From Octopus vulgaris (Eukaryota), in assembly GCA_951406725.2 (NCBI GenBank), contig OX597822.1:107694001-107758000 (forward strand): a stretch of 64,000 bases of DNA, read 5' to 3'. This document shows positions 1-13,133 of the stretch, piece by piece. Numbering within the stretch: position 1 is the first letter of the stretch; every line of letters begins with the position of its first letter. The position numbers were made by a program, and so were the translations under genes. The notes under the pieces are model-generated. The model saw only the letters and a program-made list of their open reading frames with translations, did no database searches and was not told the origin of the DNA.

Positions 1-590
1 CTTCAGGAGACTAGCGGGGAATCTATCAGGGCCTACAGCAGAGTAGTATTTGACCTCATTTATTGCTGCTATGATGTCAGTGGCAGTGAAGGTTATGCCT
101 GAGATTTTATGTTGAGAGTCAACTTCGTTCGTCAATATCAGTGGGAACACTAAAGACAGAGCAGTATTGTTTCTGCAGTATTTCTGCCATTTCTTTAGCA
201 TCGTGTTGGGGAATGCCGTTATCATCAATCAATGGCCCAATGGGGGAGACAGTGGTTCTATGCTTATTTGCATAAGAATAGAACACTTTTGGGTTCTGTT
301 TGATGTTTTTTGATTACCCACTGTTCCTCTACAGCTCTTTGATTTTCAATGGAGGTTTTCATGTTAGTCTGCAGATGAAGTTTTTCAAGCTCTAGCCTTT
401 TCATTGTTGTTGAATGTGGATGTTGCGTGTGGGAATATTTTAATTGGTTGATTTTTTTGTTGAGTCTTTCGATGTGCCTGATAAGTGTTTTTTTTTCTTT
501 TTAGGGAGCCGGTTTCTGTTTGTGTTAGTAGATTTCGTGGGAGCGTGTTTAGAGCATGTATAGGTGACAATGTTTTCAAAGTGCTGCCAT
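1..590 (-). mobile_element. CR1-group LINE ORF2 fragment (pre-RT region), decayed, runs off window start
   Basis: Manual minus-strand translation gives KNIKQNPKVFYSYANKHRTTVSPIGPLIDDNGIPQHDAKEMAEILQKQYCSVF and ITFTATDIIAAINEVKYYSAVGPDRFPASLLK, the usual NPKxFYSY / IGPL / EMAEIL / SxxGPD motifs upstream of CR1/L2 RT; frameshifted. Confidence 0.85.
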
Positions 591-597
591 GCGGTCT

Positions 598-678
<81 letters not shown>

Positions 679-1289
679 CAAGCGCTTCCTATGTCTCTCA
701 CAATACTTAGTAACCGAATGGTTTATCGTTCTACACTCCTCATATATTCTTTACTCTCAGAGATGTCATATGAACCACGATCATATATATATAGAAAAAT
801 CTCATTTCACAAATTCACAAAAAGCGATAAATAAAATCATGGGACTTACAAGAATGAATCAACTAAACGAAAATTTATCAGAATATAAACAACGTTGATC
901 AGGAAACGAGCCGCACCCTTCGTATACCGAATACCGAATAAAACACCGAATAACGCCATTTATCTTGTTGTTGAAGGAAAATCTATTTTCTCTCTTATGT
1001 TAAGTCGATCTATGTTTCTGAATTGATGCATTCATAGTTTAAATCAACAAAATGAACGATTTCGCTTGGAAGTTTATTTCGTGGAAAGGGAGTATTTACG
1101 CTTTTACTTCATCTTGCCCCAATATTAACATAATGTTTCATCTGTAAACATTCTCATTATTCTTTCTACATATCATCTTTTTTTGTTTGTTTTTGTTTCA
1201 CGTCCCAATGAAATTTCTTTTCGTGTTACTCTAGCTATCTGTTTCTATATTAAATGTATGCATTTAACTGAAACAAGTTAAAGGGGAAA

Positions 1290-2390
<1,101 letters not shown>

Positions 2391-2925
2391 ATACATAATT
2401 GAAAAGATACTTATCTGAAACTGTGTATCATATGCTTATATACTCATATATTTGCATAGATACATTCCATGGACACCAGAGAAAACCAAATATAGTTGCC
2501 ATTAACTCATAAAGTCTCCGAGATGAAATATTACAAAACACATACCATATGTCAAGTAATACAAATAAGACATTAAACGGAATCCATCCTACCCTCAATA
2601 GTTTTACCCTTTATCTGTGTAGTGCCGTTTATATATACATTGAAAGTAGAAAATTCAGTTGGAAAATCATATGAGAAATTTGTAATAGCTTGTCAAGATG
2701 AACTCCCGCTAGCGTATCTTCCTTACTTTCAATTTTATTCCAATGCTGCTTGCTAATATATTACATTGATGAAATTATATTTTTGTTTTTGAGGTAGCTA
2801 TATTGGAGCTGCTATTTACTAAGTTGCGCGCACCCCACTCCACATGCACACACACTCCTAATATATATATATGCATATATATGCATATATACACACATAC
2901 ATACATACATACATACATACACACA

Positions 2926-2957
<32 letters not shown>

Positions 2958-2958
<1 letters not shown>

Positions 2959-3125
2959 TTAAGTTCACTAAAATTTAGATTCAGATGAATATGTTACTTA
3001 AGTTAAAGGCAACAGAATTTAATATGGTATATCCATATAATTTAAAATAAGGTAATTATAATCAAAATAAGCAACAAGTATATCCTGCATTACCTCTGGA
3101 CATCTTTATTGCTTATTTTGAATAT
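2958..3125 (-). mobile_element. 3' fragment of an HHR-bearing repeat family (same as 48490-48700) with short inverted piece
   Basis: agattcagatgaatatgttacttaagtt...tcaaaataagcaacaagtatatcc matches 48489-48598; 3085-3121 is an inverted copy of part of the same family. Confidence 0.7.
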
Positions 3126-3539
3126 ATATATATATATAAATGCTCTATTTGACTCTTATTTCTGGCAATGCCGATGCTCACTGCACCCTTCATTACTTGT
3201 GAATTATTTCTCTGTTGTTTTAAAATTGCGTGTAGCCACCATCACTTGCAGTATAAGTTTAAAGATTTGTTTTGTAAGGTGATAACAATTGCAGAATGTA
3301 CAAAGTAAACTACAAAAAGAAAAGGGACAGAAAACAAGAGAAAACAAGAGAGAACAAGTTGCAGTTTCTCCTTGTATTTCTATATGTTGTAATTATAACC
3401 GCTTCTTCGGGACATTTGGAAAAAGTGGTATTTGGAAAATGTCGTTGTGCAGATGCGTGGGAGGAAGGAGGAAGAGTTGAGAAAAAGAATGGCAGGTAGA
3501 AGGAACCTGACACTCCTATGGCGGTGTTGCTACAGTGAC

Positions 3540-3855
3540 CTGTCTGTTTCATCTAGATTGTTCCTGTTGTTAATAACTGATCTCAGTTTGGGCCTCCATG
3601 ATTTTGAGATTGTCCCTGTTGCATTGGATGGCCCTGATAGAAACTTGAAATGTACGGGTTTAGCACTTCTATAGTTGTTCTCTGCTTATGTGTCCGGTGC
3701 AGATATTCTTGAAACGGAGGTGCTATTTCCTGCTGGTCCTTCCTTTATAAGATACCTCACATATACTGCAGACTACTTCATATACTACACAAGGCCTTGG
3801 GCACGTTTTCATATCGTTGATGGGGCAATCGTGTAGTGTGATTCCAATGATGTTA
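3540..3855 (-). mobile_element. Penelope-like element GIY-YIG endonuclease remnant
   Basis: Manual translation CPINDMKTCPRPCVVYEVVCSICEVSYKGRTSRK*HLRF and downstream LKIMEA fit the PLE pattern VVY..CxxC..YxGxTxR..R. Confidence 0.75.
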
Positions 3856-3859
3856 TCTA

Positions 3860-5022
3860 TGGTATTATACCTCGAAAGGTATGATCCACTCTGAATAACA
3901 TATTCTGCTGGTGTCCCTTCATTCTTTGGTCGTATCTTACCATCTTTGCTTTCTTTTCAAAGAGGCGCTGTTTCAGCTCCTCCATTAGCTCTCTCAGGTC
4001 ATTTCTTACAATACCATACTTCCTGTTCAGTGCCCCGTTTTTTTTTTTTCGCATTTAAGCTCTCCCTTCTCTTTTCGGTCTAACACAGAAATGTCCTTCG
4101 GTAGCATTTCTAACCCCGCTTGTATTCTTCTTTTCCACCATGGATCTTTTCTTTTGTCATTCCCATTATATTTATTTTTCATGGCATCAACACCCACATT
4201 TTCTGCTACAACAATACTTGTTGCCTAGGTCAAATTATTTGTTTCTCTGATATATTTCGGAATTTCATTGACATTTTTTGTTTATTGGTTAAATTTTCAC
4301 CGAACAATCTTTGAAGGTTTCAAATAACGTAGCTATCGTTCACCTGTTGCCTTACCTTTATTCTTTCGTAGATTGCCTTTTCCCCATCACCATTAGTTTT
4401 ATTGTCTTCATCCAGACCATGTCTATGTCTCTCATCGAGGAAGCTATCACCGTTCCTTTCCTGTCGTTTATTAGAGATTTCGCATCTGTTTTCTGCTATG
4501 GGGTTACTTTTATCAGGAGGAACTGTATTTTCATCGTTTCTTCTGCTGCTGTTTTCCAACACCCATCTTTTGATAGCTTCAAGCTTTACTTCGATTTTTT
4601 CTTATTGCTCTAGCTTGAACAAATAATCTCTGTTCCATGAGTTGAAACAATTCCCTTCCTCTCCATCGATCATACATACGTTGTCAGTATCCCCTAATAT
4701 GAACACCATTTTTGTCTACAGGGTTGCTCAGGTAGTAACACTACATGACCACAACATCGACTTGTTTGTTCCATCTACGATGTATGTGCTGGAAAAAGGC
4801 AGGCTGAAGCCGGACCAGTAAGTCTGCGCCTGCCGGTTTCAACACTGTCACTATCAAGTGCCTCAGTTTCATTAATAACGTTATTCACAATATTTTCTTT
4901 TCCATTGTCACTCATATGAGGTAGCGATTGTCATGTTGCACACATACCAGTGTTTTTATTCTGACACAATCACTAGATGCATCATCAATCAGGATATGGG
5001 GAGATTCCAACCGTTTCCTTTC
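3860..5022 (-). mobile_element. R4/Dong-clade non-LTR retrotransposon, 5' end and N-terminal ORF, decayed
   Basis: ATG at 4915; RRWNKQVDVVVM*CYYLSNP...RMYDRWRGRELFQLMEQRLFVQARAIRKN and EELKQRLFEKKAKMVRYDQRMKGHQQNMLF are R4/Dong N-terminal motifs; 5' end abuts a (TAA)n tract. Confidence 0.8.
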
Positions 5023-5102
5023 ATTATTATTATTGTCATCGCTGATATTATTATTTTTATTCTTTTACTATTTGTCATTGTTAATATATCCTCTCATTCG
5101 AC

Positions 5103-5154
<52 letters not shown>

Positions 5155-5238
5155 GTTATTGTTATAATTATTGTTGTTGTTGTTGTCGTTATTGCTATTA
5201 TTATTATTATTATCATCATTCTTTTTCTTCTTCTTCTT

Positions 5239-5269
<31 letters not shown>

Positions 5270-5279
5270 TTATTATTAT

Positions 5280-5319
<40 letters not shown>

Positions 5320-5345
5320 TGTAGTAGTCGTAGTAGTAGTATCAT
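5023..5345. repeat. Compound trinucleotide microsatellite (TTA/TTG/TTC/TAG)
   Basis: Direct reading. Confidence 0.95.
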
Positions 5346-5683
5346 TTCCGTTTATTATTAAATCTTATTATTGAATTTTGTTTAGTATCCACATTTGCTT
5401 TGCACTTGAGATAATTATAAATATGTGAGTGTTAAAGGGAGGAAGATAAGCAGCTTGGTGAATAGATCCAACTTATAAAGGTCTGTAAATAGATTCGGCA
5501 GACGGTGAGGAGATCAGCAATGGGAATTCCAGTGCGATAATGCGACAACAGAGACCTCACATCTTTGGGGTCAGCAGAGGTCAAATGTGTATACTATTTC
5601 TCGCGGTCAGTGAGAGCACTGACCTTGGCCTTGAAAAGAACCAATTCACCTTGTTCTATTTTAAATTCCCGATAGAAAAAAAT

Positions 5684-5755
<72 letters not shown>

Positions 5756-5993
5756 TAAGGGTAGAAATTGATATTCATCAATTAAGACCAGTGGTCTAGC
5801 ATATTAAAAAAGAATCCGAAGATTAAAATATTTATATATACCAATTAAGGACTGAACACGAAAAGTGGACAGTCAACATGCTAGATATAGACGTCAAATC
5901 GCCCTTCACCACAAAAGATTATGTTCTCAGATCAAACTCAACACAAAACCATAGCAATAAACAAGTGAAAAATATACGAAATAAAATAATTAC

Positions 5994-6058
5994 CCATGTA
6001 CTAACTTAGTTTCAGCTGTTATTTTCCGCAAGGAAAACTGCAGCCATCATCAGCATGG
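5994..6058 (-). ncRNA. Type I hammerhead ribozyme, copy 1
   Basis: Exact reverse complement of 6970-7034. Confidence 0.85.
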
Positions 6059-6516
6059 TCCGTTATAAATGTAATTTGCTGGACTAGATGCAAACACGAT
6101 ACCGAAATATCGCGTGCATGGAGTTCAGCCTATTACATTTGAATATATCTTTCAAATGCCTTTACTTTGGCGCGTTGAAACCCGAGAAAACTAGCCTGCA
6201 GCTAATACTTAGCAGCAGTTAATTTATCGGTTAGAGAACATATTTATTTATATAAAATTAATTAAGGGTAGAAATTGATATTCATCAATTAAGACCAGTG
6301 GTCTAGCATATTAAAAAAGAATCCGAAGATTAAAATATCCGAAGATTAAAATATTTATATATACCAATTAAGGACTGAACACGAAAAGTGGACAGTCAAC
6401 ATGCTAGATATAGACGTCAAATCGCCCTTCACCACAAAAGATTATGTTCTCAGATCAAACTCAACACAAAACCATAGCAATAAACAAGTGAAAAATATAC
6501 GAAATAAAATAATTAC

Positions 6517-6581
6517 CCATGTACTAACTTAGTTTCAGCTGTTATTTTCCGCAAGGAAAACTGCAGCCATCATCAGCATGG
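6517..6581 (-). ncRNA. Type I hammerhead ribozyme, copy 2
   Basis: Exact reverse complement of 6970-7034; 523 nt from copy 1. Confidence 0.85.
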
Positions 6582-6969
6582 TCCGTTATAAATGTAATTT
6601 GCTGGACTAGATGCAAACACGATACCGAAATATCGCGTGCATGGAGTTCAGCCTATTACATTTGAATATATCTTTCAAATGCCTTTACTTTGGCGCGTTG
6701 AAACCCGAGAAAACTAGCCTGCAGCTAATACTTAGCAGCAGTTAATTTATCGGTTAGAGAACATATTTATTTATATAAAATTAAATATGTTCTCTAACCG
6801 ATAAATTAACTGCTGCTAAGTATTAGCTGCAGGCTAGTTTTCTCGGGTTTCAACGCGCCAAAGTAAAGGCATTTGAAAGATATATTCAAATGTAATAGGC
6901 TGAACTCCATGCACGCGATATTTCGGTATCGTGTTTGCATCTAGTCCAGCAAATTACATTTATAACGGA

Positions 6970-7034
6970 CCATGCTGATGATGGCTGCAGTTTTCCTTGC
7001 GGAAAATAACAGCTGAAACTAAGTTAGTACATGG
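6970..7034 (+). ncRNA. Type I hammerhead ribozyme, copy 3 (inverted arm)
   Basis: CCATG-CTGATGA-T-GGCTG(cag TTTTCC ttgc GGAAAA taa)CAGCT-GAA-ACTA agt TAGT-A-CATGG: stem I CCATG/CATGG, intact core, extended stem II, stem III ACTA/TAGT, GUA cleavage triplet (cut after 7029). Confidence 0.87.
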
Positions 7035-7185
7035 GTAATTATTTTATTTCGTATATTTTTCACTTGTTTATTGCTATGGTTTTGTGTTGAGTTTGATCTG
7101 AGAACATAATCTTTTGTGGTGAAGGGCGATTTGACGTCTATATCTAGCATGTTGACTGTCCACTTTTCGTGTTCAGTCATTAATT

Positions 7186-7265
<80 letters not shown>

Positions 7266-7349
7266 GGAAAAAAGCAACAAGAATGGATCAATATATCGGT
7301 ACAATTGTTTCGCACGAGGAAATCTTTAATAAAGCTACAAAAATTGCAG

Positions 7350-7352
<3 letters not shown>
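7266..7352 (-). mobile_element. Fragment of the 62.4-kb HHR repeat family (3' half of ribozyme)
   Basis: aagcaacaagaatggat...gtacaattgtttc...aaaaattgcag aligns with 62555-62635; contains GAA-ACAATTGT-A on minus strand. Confidence 0.7.
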
Positions 7353-7384
<32 letters not shown>

Positions 7385-7564
7385 TGACGTTCACATTGTT
7401 CAATTGTTGAATTTCTGAATGTCTATTTAAAAATTATTTCGTTGCTTCTTATAAGTTTTGTCGTGGTTTACAGTTTTTGTAATTGTGCAGTTTGTATATA
7501 TTGGCAAGTTCTTACCTCCTTAATTTGTTTTATCGTGCATTTAATTGTGTTGTTGCAATAAAAT

Positions 7565-8035
7565 GTATGTTTACATATTCGGGTTGTCAGGAAGAAAAGA
7601 AAGATTAAATTTTCACACAAAATTCTACCTATTAAGGTTATTAAATTTTTTAAAGATGTTCGTTTTTATGTCCGATCAGAGAAGACTGTAGTGTATTTAT
7701 TCTTTTCAAAAATAAATATGTTTACATTTTCGAATACTCAGGGAGAAGGGAAAAGAAAGAAAAGGAGGGTAAAATTTTCACAGAAAATTGTAGATATTAA
7801 AGTTTTAGGATTCACTAAATATGATATTTTCTTTGCCCATACAGCAATAGAATAGAGAGAATGTTTACATTTTCGAATACTCAGAGAGAAAGGAAAGGGT
7901 AATATACTCAGAAGTTGTAGATATCAAAGTTGTTAAAGCTGATCGTTTGTGTGTTCAAAAAATTAGATATGTAGGTTTTGTATCTTATTTTGAGGGAAAT
8001 TTAAAATACTCATAGGAAATTGTAGATATTCCAGT
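7565..8035. repeat. Degenerate ~145-150-bp tandem repeat, about 3.5 units
   Basis: atgtttacat(a/t)ttcg...aaattgtagatatt motif recurs near 7568, 7718, 7861 and partially near 8000. Confidence 0.6.
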
Positions 8036-8406
8036 CTTTGGGAGTTATTTTTCTGCTATACTGCTGGGTTGTATTAGTATTTCCGTGTATTCAGCTGCTG
8101 ACAGGTTACAGCATCAAAGAACACGTCATGCCGCTGTCATTATTATTATATTATTATTGTTATTATTGTTGTTGCCGTTGTTGTTATTAAAATATTTCAG
8201 AAAAATTATATTAATGGATCCTACTTGTAAAAATTCTACTTATTTATTTGTGCAGCTGAAATTGATGCAATGATTGCATTGTTCAATTGAATGTAGCCGC
8301 TTGAAACGGTCGTACTGAATCACTACCTGATATCCCGTTCCTTGTTTTGATTTTATTCATCTTACTTCGAGCTGAGCGGGTAATACTCAACTGAATCTCA
8401 ATTCTG

Positions 8407-8443
<37 letters not shown>

Positions 8444-8490
8444 TATGTATGTATGTATACATATATACAAATATATATATAAATATATAC

Positions 8491-8523
<33 letters not shown>

Positions 8524-11500
8524 CGTGTGTATGTATGACCTTGTTCACGCAAGGTGTCATTTTTAGTATAAATGTAGAATATCAGACTATTCTCACTAGT
8601 TTAGCAGGGATTTTGAGTAAAGCTTATGCTTTTATTGTTTAGTACCTGTAGCCATGTCTATCTAAACAGCATCAAGGCACTGATATCATTAGTTGTAATA
8701 TAATTTTAATGGATACATGTTAAACAGTGCTAAGTTGTATTCTCAAAAACAGGATCAATTTCTCTTAGGTCATATCATATCATAAACATCGTTACTGAGT
8801 ATTTTTATCCATTGAAATCTAGTGAATGTTTATTACTTGAGATTTATTTTACAGCATTTTATCACCAGCAAAGTAATAAAGTAATTTCTATACACTCGAG
8901 AAGGAAATTTACTTTATCCCATCCTTTTCATTTTATGTCTTGCACATCTACACATTTCTCCTCAGGAAAATAAAGTATTTTCGTGATGATTCATTTAGTG
9001 TCGTGTTTATGTTGTTCCTCATGAGACTGATAAAATATTATGCAACTGAAGTTAGGATAATTCTAAAACTCTGAGATATGGAATCGAAGGAAGTTTACGA
9101 GAAAACGCACCATTTTATATCGTGTATTCCCTTCTAGATCAACAAGGCTTTTAAGAAAGATAAGAAAAAAAAAGTAACTGCCAATAAAAAGAATTTAGTT
9201 ATTTAAACAGATAATTACAGCTGCACGATGCATCATCTCTTGGGTTTTGAGATAGTTTCTTACAACAGATAATAGTATTGGCTCTTTGCAGTAACCCATC
9301 CTGTCTCTTGCAGGTTGGAATTATCTAAATTCTGGTTTGTCACATGCAAGCAAATATTTGAGGGTTTCTAAGAAATATAAGCATTTTGCTTCACAATATC
9401 TACCGGATTCGTGCAAATATGCTTAAACACTATTATATCTGATGCCAGGAAACTGTCATGATACATGCAAGTAAACGAGAAAGCTGCAATGTGGCTGCAT
9501 GTCATTAGAAATACCAGTCAATTTTTTTTCAAAATCATGCCAGTGTTTCAAATGAAGAAAAACATGGTTTACAATATAGTATTTAATATGCAAGACAACT
9601 GGATGATCAAAGAACAAATGTGGTAAACGTTCTACACATTCGTATAAAATAAAAATTAAATTAAAAAATCCATTCCACATGGTTATAGTTTTTTTCACCC
9701 AGTTTCTATGACATAAATAGAAATATATGCTGCAATAAGTATTCTCATTGTATTAGAAACTAAAGTATAATAGTGTGTAAATGTATTTTATATCATAATT
9801 GGAGCAACGCAGTATATCGACTAGTTACGGTTTCAGGTGTTCTAACAGTGGTATGCAAGGAACTGTCAACAGGTTTCTGTTTTATCATCCATGTTTATGT
9901 TGAAGCTATATTTCAGTCACAAATACCTGCTACGTCCGCACTCTTCATGGAGATGCAGAAACGCACGCGCCTACTCACACACACACACACTCTTACACCC
10001 CACACACACGCACACGCGCAAGAACGCAAGCACACTTATGTATTTATATACACGAAACAAAACTCAGAAGCAATGCATTTATCACCCAGAAACTACGATA
10101 GTAGATACTTGATCAAGGTATTGATCAGTAACATATATCCAGAAACTTGTGAAACTTGTTGAAAAGGGAACTTTATAACCACGCGATCACAATTCGATTA
10201 CATATAGATATATATATATATATAGGAATAGACGCGCAAACACATGCACAAATACATACACACACACGATATAAACTTGTGCAGACATAAACACATGTCA
10301 AATGTATCCATTTCCCCTTAGTTCGATACATATTCAGTTTCTTTATCTGTATCCACTAATTGCAGAAAGGCAAATAGACAAAGTGTTTATAATCAGATGA
10401 ACGCCAGGGGATTCGGTGAACTGAAGCTATCAATATACTTACTGCAATTGTGTAACACCTTGTTTTAATACCAGCAGCCTGTCAATAGGGACCTCTATTC
10501 ACACAATATAAAGGTATGATATAATATATGTAAACTTACGTAGGAGATGAGCAAATAGGTCTTATTTACCTATTTCTTCGTCAACTGAAAAAATGATGAA
10601 CGCTAATACATACCGTAAGAAATAATTCTATGTTTTTTATATTTCTTTATTTTAAATTGTTTTCATCAATGGGAAATTTCGTTTCTTCTTTTACTGATTA
10701 GAGATAAATTATTCTCATGCCACGCGGTTTTACGGCATAAGTTTAAGAAAGCAGAGGTAATTCAGTTATGCACACTGTCGAGACAAACGTTATTTTCAGA
10801 TAGTATCTGACGGATATTTATTGTTTCTGTATGATGGGAAAAATCTATTGCATACTAAAATGAATATCTAAATGTTTTATAAAAAGAAGACACGAAACTT
10901 CTAAGATTATAGAAATGTGAACAATGAAATATTTCAAGTTTTTTCTCTAAAATAAAAGATTTTATGAATAGGTATCAAATCCTTGAGGACTAAAAATCTT
11001 TGGCATTAGTTATCATTTCGAATTATAGATTGTCGTTTTATCTATCTCCATTTCATACTTTTTACACTGAAATATAGACCATCTCAATTTGTGAATAATC
11101 ATAGCAACAACACAATCGTTGCAGGGAATATGAATGTGATTCCATACAACGTGTTCTTGACAATGTTTTAGAGGAAAATAATCCGTACGAGGCAAAGAAA
11201 CTGTTTATTTATTTGTATTTTGCAGTAAGTGATAAATTCGATAGGATGATAAATTAGGCCGTGATAACGAAGGATTTAATTTTGATAGCTTATCTATTAA
11301 TATTTACTGATATTTCTTCCAGTGTTGTTTGATAATGGTTTGGGGAAAATCTTCTCTAGATAGATTTGGAATATAATCTACATTTATTAACTTCGTTGAA
11401 TTTTCACTAATCCTTATTAATGCAAATAATTAGAATTCGAGAAAGGCTGATCTTCAAATCTTACAAAAGCCTCTTTGCTAAAACAACCGGTATTCTCGCA

Positions 11501-11696
11501 AGTAATGCAAGCGTCATAAATAAAGTCAATACTTTGTTACAAAGACAAATTTGCACATATAATCCAATACGTATATATATATACATACATGCTTGTGAGT
11601 TTGTGAGTGAACATATACATGCATATATACCTATATATGTATATAAATATTTGTATGTATAGCATATATGTATGTGTGAATGGTGAATGTATAGTA

Positions 11697-11733
<37 letters not shown>

Positions 11734-11760
11734 TCCCTCTCTCTCTCTCTCTCTCTCTCT

Positions 11761-11827
<67 letters not shown>

Positions 11828-13098
11828 GTGTGTGTGTGTACACACTTTTAGCATTCACTGAGAATGTTCCTTGTAAGGGATGTTAAAAACCAGCATCATT
11901 CACATCACCCACACTCATTGAATATGTATTAACTGACTCTGGTGCATTGTTTTCACCTCGAGCTAGACGGGTCTCAAAGAACAATGGTTCGGTTGTGTAA
12001 ATAATCAACGCAAGGGACACAATGCTAGGATGTGATATGAATAGATAAAACAATTATTATCATTCTACAGGATCTCTATCACCGTTTCTAGCCCCTTTCT
12101 CAAATTAATTTGAAATCTTTTAATTTTGCACGGAATCAATATTTCTCTGTAAGAATATGTTAGTTTCTTGAAATATTTACTCTATGTTTCGCCTGTACTT
12201 ACTGTTAGATTCTTAGGTTTTAACCGATACTCAAGACTCTATGTGTTTCGCGCTGAGCTTTGAATCACTTTCTCAAAAGCTCGAACCTTATAAGTAAAAT
12301 GAAATGTCTAAACTCCTGACTGAAAGCCAGGAAGAAGAATGTATTACCAGCAGTTTAACATTATTTTCTTTGTCTATCTAAATCTGTTCCTATCTCTGTC
12401 TCTGTCTTCCTCTTTTGTTGACTGATACCTATTTACCATCGTAGAAGAAATGCTTATTGTATTATCTCTTCATCATTAAAATTGTGTGTTCTCTTCCTGC
12501 CATTCTTCTTTCGTCCCTAGAGCCACAGACCATTGTAAATAGACTAATAATACAAACGGCTAACATAAATACACTCCCATGCAAATATATGCTTGTGTGT
12601 ATTGTGTGTGGGATTGCATGTGTGTTTGTGTATCGATGTACTTGCTTGTCTTAATGTATTTGTTTCTTTCTGTATGTTTCCTACCAAAGATAAGATAAAT
12701 CCCTTCAAACTAGTAAAGATAATTACTTTCAAATAAAGGAAAACAGTTTCAACTCCAATAGTTGAAAATTTCCATTTCTGTGCGTTTTCTGATTGTTCTT
12801 TTATTTCTATTCATAAAAATATTTGTACTGGAAAACCATTGAGAAAGACCGTTTGCATACATCGTAAATAAAGTTCGCTTGGAAGGAACACGTTTTAGAG
12901 AAAAATATTTCAACATTAATATTTGAAATACTTCAGATGAGAAAATTGTCAAGACGCTGCTCAAACGTAAACACCTTTTTTTCTAAATAAACACAACACA
13001 TGGACATGACCATCTATACCCACATAAACATATACATACAGATTCATGTAATTTATGTATGTATGTACTTAAGTACGTATGTATGCATGCGTGCTTGA

Positions 13099-13133
<35 letters not shown>

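Larger units (their letters stand above)
5744..7195 (-). mobile_element. Non-coding HHR-bearing element (retrozyme / PLE pseudo-LTR-like): two tandem units plus inverted partial unit, in (TA)n
   Basis: Unit 1 ~5744-6250 (507 bp), unit 2 6251-6773 (523 bp, with a 16-nt internal duplication atccgaagattaaaat), inverted copy 6782-~7195 of ~6355-6769 with one mismatch seen; TA repeats on both sides. Confidence 0.88.

Noticed and set aside
4921-5022. HDV-like ribozyme at the Dong 5' end
   Set aside because: One hairpin seen, but the nested pseudoknot could not be built by eye.
5380-5680. Possible L2/CR1 3' end on the minus strand
   Set aside because: Only faint WNS / LQTF-like words; too decayed to call.
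8250-8325. gaaacggtcgtactgaa resembling HHR-adjacent sequence
   Set aside because: No CTGANGA core with matching stems.
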